41,880 nt of DNA from Candidatus Dojkabacteria bacterium (GCA_030583685.1 CP129470.1:701412-743291); one strand, 5' to 3'. Positions 7,614 through 15,190 are shown, counted from the stretch's first letter. Translations and numbers: made by a program. The notes: a model not told the origin generated them from the sequence alone.

Positions 7614-8045
7614 ATGAAGGTGAAGAGCGCAATTGATTGGGGAATTCGCTTGTCGTTTGCAATCATATATATTTGGTTTGGAATGCCGAAGGTTTTCGAG
7701 GTGAGTCCTGCGACTTCATTAGTGAGTGATTTGCTTAATGTACTCTTACCATTTGTGCCTGCTGCACCATTTCTTGTGCTATTTGGATTGCTTGAATGTG
7801 CACTCGGTGTTGGATTTTTGCTTCCTCGTATTACAAAAGGTGTTGTTATTGCAACGTTTATGCATCTCGTTGCAACGATGCTTCCGCTGATTCTTCTGCC
7901 GGAACATACGTGGTTATCGTTTGGAGTACTCAGCACAGAAGGGCAGTATGTAATGAAAAATGTGGTGTTATTTGCTGCGTTACCGGTGTTATGGGTGGGG
8001 AGAGGAGATATAGAGGTTGAAGAATATGAGATGAGATTACAATAA
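7614..8045 (+). CDS. small polytopic membrane protein (about 4 TM), family uncertain
   Basis: 143-aa hydrophobic ORF. TACAAT (7603-7608) lies 5 nt upstream of the ATG. Confidence 0.5.
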   Translation: MKVKSAIDWGIRLSFAIIYIWFGMPKVFEVSPATSLVSDLLNVLLPFVPAAPFLVLFGLLECALGVGFLLPRITKGVVIATFMHLVATMLPLILLPEHTWLSFGVLSTEGQYVMKNVVLFAALPVLWVGRGDIEVEEYEMRLQ

Positions 8046-8639
8046 CAATGATTTAAGTTCATTTACTGATACTTCAGGTGAATTCCTCTGAAAAAGATGT
8101 GTCTGCCAATTTCTTTGTTGAGCATTGGTAAGATAATCCTGACGATCGTCGATAAATAGAATCTCTGCACCTGGAAGTGAAGTCTCTTTTTCAATGTATG
8201 TGAAAATGCTTTCATCAGGTTTCTTGTACCCAATATCACAGGAAAGAAATCGATATGAGTACGGTATGTTGGGTAATAATCCGTGTTCAATAAAAACTGA
8301 GAACATGCCTGTGTAGATGTTTGAAAGTAAGCCAACATGATATTGCTGACAAATCTTTTGGAGAAATGCCTGCGTTGGCATTATTATTTCAAAGTCCAGC
8401 GACCATTTTGTAAGGAAATCGTATCCCTGTGGAATCGGCGGAAGTTGGTACTCTTTTACACATAATTCGAGAAGTTCTTGTGGCGTGATTTTGCCAAGAG
8501 TAATTTGGTCATCATATTTGTCAAAGGTGTCGTAGAGATAGTTGACGTTAAATCCGAGTTCTTTTGCTGTGGTAGTAAACACATTTCGATATTCGAGGAG
8601 TACGCCACCAATATCAAAAAGTACTAGGTTAGCTTTCAT
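8037..8639 (-). CDS. HAD superfamily hydrolase (subfamily IA-like)
   Basis: Motif I is LFDIGGVL, and a C-terminal FIDDRQDY acidic motif is present. TATAAT (rc of 8645-8650) lies 5 nt upstream of the ATG. Confidence 0.7.
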   Translation of the reverse strand: MKANLVLFDIGGVLLEYRNVFTTTAKELGFNVNYLYDTFDKYDDQITLGKITPQELLELCVKEYQLPPIPQGYDFLTKWSLDFEIIMPTQAFLQKICQQYHVGLLSNIYTGMFSVFIEHGLLPNIPYSYRFLSCDIGYKKPDESIFTYIEKETSLPGAEILFIDDRQDYLTNAQQRNWQTHLFQRNSPEVSVNELKSLLL

Positions 8640-8682
8640 GGCATATTATAGCGTAGCGTGAAAGGGCATAAGAGATTTTTTG

Positions 8683-8712
8683 TTGACGCTGGATAATGAT
8701 TTTTGATATAAT
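8683..8712 (+). promoter_or_regulatory. sigma70-like promoter of the aspS leader
   Basis: TTGACG (8683-8688), 18-nt spacer, TATAAT (8707-8712). Confidence 0.55.
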
Positions 8713-8719
8713 TACCTAA

Positions 8720-8940
8720 TTCCAGTGATTCCGCTAACACGGATGAGGAGACAGAAGAAAGCCTGAGGGCAAGTAGAACTGATCCGGGGGCGCCCGTAAT
8801 TGCGCAATGCTTTGTCGAGTTCCACACTCCGAGAAGCTGATAAGGCAAAACCTGTGAAGGTTTTGCAAAGATAGGGTGGCAGCACGTGAAAACGTCCTTA
8901 TCAGGTACATAAATTTATTTGTATCGAATATGGTAAGGAC
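8720..8940 (+). promoter_or_regulatory. T-box leader (tRNA-sensing riboswitch), apparently translational
   Basis: GAUGAG K-turn-like element at 8742-8747. Stem III hairpin GCAAAACC-ugugaa-GGUUUUGC at 8845-8866. T-box sequence AAAGAUAGGGUGGCAGCACGUG at 8868-8889. Antiterminator: helix A1 8871-8876/8896-8901, 7-nt bulge UGGCAGC 8877-8883, helix A2 ACGU-gaaa-ACGU 8884-8895. A competing 10-bp helix pairs 8894-8903 with 8931-8940 and covers the UG of the AUG at 8930. Confidence 0.75.
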
Positions 8941-10225
8941 CATGATCGACAAATTACACAGAAAGTTAGGTAAGAAAATACTTCTTAAAGGATGGATTCA
9001 TACTATACGACTCCAAGGGAGTGTGATTTTTATTCAATTGAGAGATCGCTCTGGAATCGTTCAGTGTGTTGTTGAGAGAACTTCCCAAGCATTTCAAATT
9101 GCGAAAGGATTGAGTGAGGAATCGGTGGTTTTATTTGCTGGCGTTGTTGTCGAACATCATAAAGTGCTCGAAGTTCACGTTGATAAAGCAGAAGTATATA
9201 GTAAGCCGGAGCAAGCTCTTCCAATTCCTGTAGTTAAAAAAGGACAGGAGGAGACGAATTTAAAGAAGAGGTTAGATTATCGATGGCTAGACTTACGAAG
9301 GCCAGAAAAAAGGCTTATCTTTGAAATTAGTACCTATGTGCATACACTTATGCGTGAATATCTCATCAAGCGCGGCTTTCTAGAAGCCTCTACCCCTAAA
9401 CTTATGGCGAGTCCAAGTGAAAGTAGAGCAGAATTGTTTACCGTTTCTTACTATGGAAAGAAAGCGTATCTTGCCCAGTCTGCGCAATTCTATAAGCAAT
9501 TGGCTATGGCCGCAGGGTTTGAAAAATTCTTTACCTTTGGTGACACTTATCGCGAAGATCCTTCAACAACTGTTTGGCATGTAGCTCAGTTCACGACTCT
9601 CGATATCGAAATGTCGTTTATCGACAAGTTTGAAGACGTGATGCGGTTTGAAGAGAGATTTTTGCATTATGTTCTCAAAAAAGTCAAAAAGAAATATGGC
9701 ATGATTGTTGAGCAAGTATTTGGAACAACAATAATTGTTCCTTCTCTTCCTTTCCCACGCATTACCATGGCTGAAGCGAAAGAGATTGTTCGGGGTGGGA
9801 TGGGTTCTTCTGAAACAGGCGCGGATTTATCGTCTCCTGAAGAGAAGATGCTGTGCGCATATGTTAAGAAGCAATTCGGCCATGAATTCGTATTTTTAAC
9901 AGAGTTTCCTTGGGAAGTAAGGCCGTTTTATCATATGAAGTCTACTGATGAGACAACTCGTAGCGCAGATTTACTCTATAAGGAACGTGAAATAACAACG
10001 ATTGCGCAGCGAGAGCATCGATACCAAGTGCTTGTCGAACAAGTGAGGGAAAAAGGAATGAGGCAGCAAGAAGTTCAGCATTACCTTGATTTCTTTCGTT
10101 ATGGTTGTCCACCGCATGGAGGACTTGGGTTTGGATTCGAGCGATTTCTCAAAATTATGCTTGGATTACCAAACATCCGAGAAACAGTGTTTCTTACAAG
10201 GGATATGAAACGATTGGCACCGTAA
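8930..10225 (+). CDS. aspS: aspartate--tRNA ligase, short archaeal/eukaryal-type (no GAD insertion domain)
   Basis: OB-fold N-terminus GWIHTIRLQGSVIFIQLRDRSGIVQ. Class IIb motifs QSAQFYKQ, FTTLDIEMSF, AQREHR and CPPHGGLGFGFERF. About 430 aa. The GTG at 8876 in the ORF track lies inside the T-box sequence, so I preferred ATG 8930 (or 8942). Confidence 0.85.
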   Translation: MVRTMIDKLHRKLGKKILLKGWIHTIRLQGSVIFIQLRDRSGIVQCVVERTSQAFQIAKGLSEESVVLFAGVVVEHHKVLEVHVDKAEVYSKPEQALPIPVVKKGQEETNLKKRLDYRWLDLRRPEKRLIFEISTYVHTLMREYLIKRGFLEASTPKLMASPSESRAELFTVSYYGKKAYLAQSAQFYKQLAMAAGFEKFFTFGDTYREDPSTTVWHVAQFTTLDIEMSFIDKFEDVMRFEERFLHYVLKKVKKKYGMIVEQVFGTTIIVPSLPFPRITMAEAKEIVRGGMGSSETGADLSSPEEKMLCAYVKKQFGHEFVFLTEFPWEVRPFYHMKSTDETTRSADLLYKEREITTIAQREHRYQVLVEQVREKGMRQQEVQHYLDFFRYGCPPHGGLGFGFERFLKIMLGLPNIRETVFLTRDMKRLAP

Positions 10226-10344
10226 TTCTAGGTGTATAATTGTTATGGCTGCGAGAAAGGACTGAAAATCGCAAGAAGAGATCCGTATGACGTGTGCTTA
10301 AGTCGTAAATGGTATCAAGGTAAGTTAGAACGTTCATTATTTGT

Positions 10345-11418
10345 ATGATAGATTATAAGAATATTCTGCAAGAGAAGAAAAAGCTCATTCTCAGTAATTA
10401 CACAGTTCCACAAACCATCACGCAAGAGTGGATTTCGCAAATGTTTCTGGATAACAAAAGCACTTTCTTTATTTGGGGGTGGTGCTATCGAGATATTTCT
10501 TCTGCAATTTTTTCTCAGGAGGTGACTGCAGATACCTTGAACAAAATTTCTTTTGATGACAAAACTGAATTCCCTGTGAAATTACCTGTTGGTTATGAGC
10601 CAGAAAAACTCCTGAAAGAAACACGAAAGGTTCCTTTGGGAATTGAATTACTCCATGCAAAAGGTGTGAGTGGACAAGGAATGTCGGTCGCTATTATTGA
10701 TTCAGCCTTCCTACCTCATGTAGAGACAGAGCGGGCGGGCTTTTTTTATTATGAACACTCAAAAATTGCGAGTGAACATTTTCACGGGTTATTGACGTCA
10801 ACCATACTTGCTGGCAAGAAACTTGGTATTGTGCCAAATGCGAAATGCTATTTTTACACCATGTCACAGATGACTGCAGAAAGAGATGGTGAACTTGTGG
10901 ATGGGCTAAAAAAGATTTATGAGCAGGTTTCAAAAGGAGAAAAAATTTGTGTTGTCAGTCTTTCTATGCCATATCCCAAAAGCACTAAAGATGAATATTA
11001 TGAAGTAGTCGAAAAATTAAAAGAAGCAGATTGCCAAGTAATTGATTCAGTTGAATTCAATAAGGATTTTATCTGTGGTCGATTTACTTCAGCAGACGTC
11101 TTAAATCTTGAATATGTTGATCTTAACGATTGGCAAAAAGAAGGCGAATGGCAACAAACAATTGAATCAAGGATAGTAATACCGAGTGCAGGGAGAGCCT
11201 TGCCGCTTTGGGGAACAGAAGATAGGTATCATTATTGCGCTCAAAGCGGAGTAAGCTGGTCAATACCGATGCTCGCTGGTTTGTACTGCTTGGCAAAGCA
11301 GATGAATCCCGATGTTGAGTATCAAGAATTTGTCAGGTTGATAAAGGAAACAGCATACAAAAATAAATCTGGCTTGAATGTCATAAATATTTCTCTCCTG
11401 TCTGCAAGACTCAAATGA
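10345..11418 (+). CDS. subtilisin-like (S8 family) serine peptidase homologue without signal peptide
   Basis: The D/H/S triad context is present: MSVAIIDSAF, HFHGLLTSTILAG, and SGVSWSIPMLAG (compare GTSMAAPHVAG). There is no N-terminal hydrophobic segment. Confidence 0.55.
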   Translation: MIDYKNILQEKKKLILSNYTVPQTITQEWISQMFLDNKSTFFIWGWCYRDISSAIFSQEVTADTLNKISFDDKTEFPVKLPVGYEPEKLLKETRKVPLGIELLHAKGVSGQGMSVAIIDSAFLPHVETERAGFFYYEHSKIASEHFHGLLTSTILAGKKLGIVPNAKCYFYTMSQMTAERDGELVDGLKKIYEQVSKGEKICVVSLSMPYPKSTKDEYYEVVEKLKEADCQVIDSVEFNKDFICGRFTSADVLNLEYVDLNDWQKEGEWQQTIESRIVIPSAGRALPLWGTEDRYHYCAQSGVSWSIPMLAGLYCLAKQMNPDVEYQEFVRLIKETAYKNKSGLNVINISLLSARLK

Positions 11419-11663
11419 TCTCTGAATGGATCGACTTTTAGGGCGCTTCTGGCTTAGAACCGTGCGTTTTCAAAAAGGTTGATTATTGACATTTTTAGAA
11501 AAATTCGGTTCATGGCCGTAACTCAAAAAGTACTTGTTTCTTTTGAGTAGGAAATGAGAGAATTATAAGAAAACGGAGATTGTGGGTCTGGCACCGTACA
11601 ATGGATGGCCGACAGAAAAAACGAGACAAAAGAGACAGTATAAAAAAGAATGTATAATGTCTC

Positions 11664-12212
11664 ATGTTTCAAACTATGTACGCAAAAGAAGATCAAGAAT
11701 TGATCCAAAAAGCAATTAGTTTCTTAGTTGAGAATTTCAACAAATCAGGTAACAACAGTAAGCCTGTTATTCTTCATAGTATTCGGCTTGCGATGCGCCT
11801 TTACGACAAAGGGGAAAAAGCATCTGTAGTCGTTGGAGCTCTTCTGCATGATTTGTTAGAAGATACACAGGTAACCTTGGCTGACATTACGTTATCATTT
11901 GGTGAAGAAGTTGCAAAACTTGTTGAGGCAAACAGTTTCAAAAGCGAAATTGCAGACTACGTTCAAAAATATATTGAAACTTTTGAGCGCAATATTGCTT
12001 ACGGAAGAGATGCGGCTATTATTAAGGCAGTAGATTTGCTTGACAATGCTGATTATTACACACTCGGCGCACCAGAATCATGGTCAAAACTCTATGGTAA
12101 GTATGTTAAATTTCTAGAGATGGCAGAAGGCTTGCTAAAAGATACTGGTGTTTGGGCAGAGTTGCAGGAAAAGAAGGGGCAGTTAGAAAAACAGATGGGG
12201 ATAGCCGAGTAA
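11664..12212 (+). CDS. HD-domain protein, RelA/SpoT-type (p)ppGpp hydrolase-like (small alarmone hydrolase)
   Basis: VILHSIRLA, ALLHDLLEDT and IKAVDLLDNA correspond to the SpoT/Mesh1 hydrolase motifs. At 182 aa it has no synthetase domain. TATAAT (11653-11658) lies 5 nt upstream of the ATG. Confidence 0.7.
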   Translation: MFQTMYAKEDQELIQKAISFLVENFNKSGNNSKPVILHSIRLAMRLYDKGEKASVVVGALLHDLLEDTQVTLADITLSFGEEVAKLVEANSFKSEIADYVQKYIETFERNIAYGRDAAIIKAVDLLDNADYYTLGAPESWSKLYGKYVKFLEMAEGLLKDTGVWAELQEKKGQLEKQMGIAE

Positions 12213-12219
12213 AAAATTG

Positions 12220-12603
12220 TTAGGAAAAAACAAACTCGAGTAGAGAAGCTTTGTGGTCGTTCCCTTTAAATGTACAGTACATTCCTTCCATTTTCTTGTG
12301 ACACTGCTCACATTTGATATTCGGTGTTTGGGCTAAATCGTAACGATTCTGTACTTCGGTATCATCTGCTATCCAGTCGGTAATGGTTCTCTCTTTCTTG
12401 GTATAGGCGTCGGCCATGGTAGTGTTCAGCATGATTGCTATTACTTTATCGACTTCAGCTTTATGGTCCTCGAAGGTGTGCCACTTTTTGAGAGGCTTGT
12501 GCTTAAGCATTTTTTCTTTGACCTTGAGAATCATAAGACAGTGCTCAATGGTCCAGAGGTCGTAGCGGTCGATGTAGTGCTGGCGCTCATAGAGAAATAC
12601 CAT
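12220..12603 (-). CDS. hypothetical protein
   Basis: 127-aa ORF with no recognisable motif apart from a CEQCHKK...YC cysteine cluster. TACAAT lies 7 nt upstream of the ATG. Confidence 0.4.
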   Translation of the reverse strand: MVFLYERQHYIDRYDLWTIEHCLMILKVKEKMLKHKPLKKWHTFEDHKAEVDKVIAIMLNTTMADAYTKKERTITDWIADDTEVQNRYDLAQTPNIKCEQCHKKMEGMYCTFKGNDHKASLLEFVFS

Positions 12604-12670
12604 GAACTAAATTGTAAATTTATTGGGGGAGCACTTTAAGTTTACTTCCACGTGTTGACAGTAACAATAC

Positions 12671-13176
12671 CTATCTTGCTTGTAGCAATACATCACTTCC
12701 TATTAATCGCCACCGCATAGCCTCAAGGCTTACAATGTATCTTTTTGCCAAATCTTCGACACTCCGTATGCCATGCTGACGATCATACTTAACCCAATCG
12801 AAAGGCATAAGCAGTTCTGCGGCAAATTGGTCAGCCTCTACTTCTTGAGGATGTTTCTTCGCTTCTTGTTGGTCGAAATTGATAACATGTCCAAATACAT
12901 TTTTGTGATTTGGCCTAGTTCGTGGGCAATTGAGAATCGCTGTCGCATGTATGAGCTATTCAAGTCGTAGAGTATCATTCCTGACTCGTATTCAATCAAA
13001 GCCGAAATATTTTTAATACCTAATGCATCAAAGTTCGCTGGAAACTCGGTTAAATCTTCGTGGCGAAGAAGTAGATTTAGTGGTACTGGAGGTTTGCTAA
13101 TAGATAATTCTTTTAGTAGCTTGTTTGCTTTACTTCGCGCGAGAAGTTTATTCGGTTTTAGTGTCGCTTCCATCAT
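12671..13176 (-). pseudogene. ImmA/IrrE-family metallopeptidase gene disrupted by a frameshift
   Basis: The N-terminal frame (13176-12838) ends ...RQRFSIAHELGQITKMY...*. A second frame then reads QEAKKHPQEVEADQFAAELLMPFDWVKYDRQHGIRSVEDLAKRYIVSLEAMRWRLIGSDVLLQAR* down to the stop at 12671-12673. That is the conserved ImmA/IrrE C-terminal half. The HExxH box reads HELGQ in the first frame. Confidence 0.6.
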
Positions 13177-13331
13177 TCTTCAGCCTTTTTATAAACTGTT
13201 TGATCAAAATTCGAGATATTTACCACTTACAGGACTACGTTGACACATTTCTGTTTTTGGCAATCAGAAAGTATCGACTCGTTGGTCGCTTGCAAGTATA
13301 GTAGCTGGGACTTGTGGAACCGTTTCAAATA

Positions 13332-13421
13332 TGGCGGAGAGAGAGGGATTCGAACCCTCGATACCCGTAAAGGGTATACTCCCTTTCCAGGGGAGCTCTT
13401 TCGACCACTCAGACATCTCTC
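13332..13421 (-). tRNA. tRNA-Ser (anticodon GGA) with encoded CCA
   Basis: The reverse complement folds as acceptor GGAGAGA/TCTCTCC, anticodon stem CTCCC/GGGAG with loop CTGGAAA, a long variable arm, T-loop TTCGAAT, discriminator G, then CCA. Confidence 0.9.
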
Positions 13422-13446
13422 CAATCTGGTGAATTATACAGGAAAA

Positions 13447-13995
13447 CTACTCCTTCGGAAACCAAACGGAAATTTCTCTTTTTGCCTCAGCTCGAGACGT
13501 TGATCGGTGGATTGTGTTGAAGAGGGCTCTGCGTTTTGCGTGTGAGAGTGCGAGTGAGTCAGTTGAATACATCCCTCGAATGGTGGATAAATCGAGCTCT
13601 GCCGGCATGTGTGAGCCTGCCACTTTTTTCACTTTTTCTACTGCATTTGGTCCATACAGAACTACAACAACGATTGATTTCTTAGTGAGTTGTTTTATCG
13701 ACCACTGGTATATAACTTTCCCAATTTCAATGGGGTTGCAGGAGTGAAATATTTTCTGTGCATGTGACTGGGATTTATAAAGGCTTAACGCCTTTTCTCC
13801 AACTGCTTGCAACCACTTTTCATCTTTACCCATAGCATAGTGAGCCTGTGCTTGCTCCTCTGAAGCGACGATTAGCTGTAACTTCGTAATCTTGAGTCCG
13901 ATATCTTCAAATTTCTGGAGAATTCTTCCGACGAGACCACGCTTAACTGAATCTGCTTTAATAATCACAAGAGTTGATTCCTGTAACATAAGCAA
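13447..13995 (-). CDS. ndk: nucleoside diphosphate kinase with internal insertion
   Basis: LVIIKADSVKRGLVGRILQKFEDIGLKI, STIRGMYS and the catalytic-His region NTIHRSTS match NDK. At 182 aa it exceeds the usual roughly 140-150 aa. Confidence 0.7.
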   Translation of the reverse strand: MLMLQESTLVIIKADSVKRGLVGRILQKFEDIGLKITKLQLIVASEEQAQAHYAMGKDEKWLQAVGEKALSLYKSQSHAQKIFHSCNPIEIGKVIYQWSIKQLTKKSIVVVVLYGPNAVEKVKKVAGSHMPAELDLSTIRGMYSTDSLALSHAKRRALFNTIHRSTSRAEAKREISVWFPKE

Positions 13996-14760
13996 TTATA
14001 CCGCAAATTCTTGGATCAGCTCGAGAACTTCATTTTCTGCGCTGAACATGAGATCATGACCATGTCCGGTAAGCACAACAATTTCAGCTCTCTGAAGTTT
14101 TTTGGCCAACGCAAGTTCTTCTTTGATTGGGAATATAACATCATCTCCTCCTAAAAGGAGTAATTTCTTCGCAGGTGTTACATGTTCAAGTGGGACTCGA
14201 AAATTTGTTCTTAGCATTTTCAGTTGCTTGCTCATTTCGGGATAGTTCTGTAAGTTTTCTTCCAGAAATATACTCGCCTCTTTTTTAGTGAGGAGTGTCG
14301 ATTTTCGAGTACTTTTTGTCACATTTAATGCGACACGGGCAAGAATTTTACTTTCGGTGAGTGAAAACTGCTGTAGCATTGGCGACATAAGGACCATTTT
14401 CGAAATCAATTTCGGATAGCAGGCATCAACCGAAAGGGCAATGCCCCCACCCATTGAATGAGCGAGTACGTGATGACCTTTGCCAAATGTCTGCAGAAAC
14501 TTGGCCACAATTGCTGTGTAATACTCGAGTGTCAGCTCTGAGCGGTAGTTGATTGTATTATGAAAGCCGGGATAGTGAAGCGCGATGATTTCGAAGTGTT
14601 TTCCTAGTTTCTTCAAAAAAGGGTGATAATAATGAATTGTTGCACCACCACCTGCAAGAAAGAAAAGCCTTGGACCTTTTCCAATTTTCTCTGCTTGCAA
14701 CGTAAGTTTTTCTGTTATTTCAATTGTTTGAACCATTCCTGAGTATACCTGATTTCTCAC
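13996..14760 (-). CDS. alpha/beta hydrolase fold protein
   Basis: Nucleophile elbow AHSMGGG and C-terminal GHGHD. GTG start. Confidence 0.7.
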   Translation of the reverse strand: MRNQVYSGMVQTIEITEKLTLQAEKIGKGPRLFFLAGGGATIHYYHPFLKKLGKHFEIIALHYPGFHNTINYRSELTLEYYTAIVAKFLQTFGKGHHVLAHSMGGGIALSVDACYPKLISKMVLMSPMLQQFSLTESKILARVALNVTKSTRKSTLLTKKEASIFLEENLQNYPEMSKQLKMLRTNFRVPLEHVTPAKKLLLLGGDDVIFPIKEELALAKKLQRAEIVVLTGHGHDLMFSAENEVLELIQEFAV

Positions 14761-14781
14761 AAATAAAGATAATTATCTGTA

Positions 14782-14808
14782 TTAGCACTTGACGAGTGTA
14801 ACTGCTAA
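14782..14808 (+). promoter_or_regulatory. CIRCE-like inverted repeat (HrcA operator) overlapping the groES promoter
   Basis: TTAGCACTT-N9-AACTGCTAA versus the consensus TTAGCACTC-N9-GAGTGCTAA. It overlaps TTGACG (14789-14794), a 17-nt spacer and TATACT (14812-14817). Confidence 0.6.
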
Positions 14809-14847
14809 TATTATACTTAACGCAATAATAATTTGATTCGAATACCA

Positions 14848-15129
14848 ATGAATATCAAACCAGTTGCCAAATATCTTGTCTTAAAAACAATCGAGCCAGA
14901 GGTGAAGACAAAGTCTGGCTTGTATCTTCCAGAAACGGCAAAAGAAGATAAAACGCCAAACATGGCAGAAATTGTTGCAGTAGGAACCTCGAAGAAGATT
15001 GCAGAGCGAGGGCTAAAAAAGGGGGATTGGGTCATTTACTCAAAATATGCAGGCACCGAAGTCGATCTTGACGGCACAAAATACATGCTTGTCGCGGTCA
15101 ATGACATTCTCGCAAAAATCGAAAAATAG
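14848..15129 (+). CDS. groES: co-chaperonin GroES
   Basis: MNIKPVAKYLVLK...KSGLYLPETAKE...AEIVAVG...GDWVIYSKYAGTEV matches the Cpn10 family. Confidence 0.9.
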   Translation: MNIKPVAKYLVLKTIEPEVKTKSGLYLPETAKEDKTPNMAEIVAVGTSKKIAERGLKKGDWVIYSKYAGTEVDLDGTKYMLVAVNDILAKIEK

Positions 15130-15190
15130 CAATTAGCTTTCGAGAGGTGAAGCACTTGCGTAAAAGTGTTTGTTTTCGCTATACTGAGGG

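Noticed and set aside
8876-8929. GTG start at 8876 for aspS, as given in the ORF track.
   Set aside because: It lies inside the T-box sequence and antiterminator. The extra 18 residues have no counterpart in AspRS, whose OB-fold N-terminus aligns from the ATG at 8930/8942.
10245-10263. Degenerate copy of the tRNA-Ser 3' end as the distal att site of the island.
   Set aside because: It is not rejected outright, but identity is only 13/16 with no gaps. By my rough estimate a match of this quality could arise by chance somewhere in a window of this size. It should not be used to define island boundaries without comparative data.
11419-11663. The 245-nt spacer upstream of the HD-hydrolase gene could be a riboswitch (for example a ppGpp-sensing ykkC-type) or a small RNA. 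It contains the hairpin CTCAAAA-N12-TTTTGAG.
   Set aside because: I could not recognise any conserved riboswitch core. The TATAAT box sits only 5 nt from the ATG, so most of the spacer would not be in the mRNA. It is worth a covariance-model scan, but there is no positive evidence.
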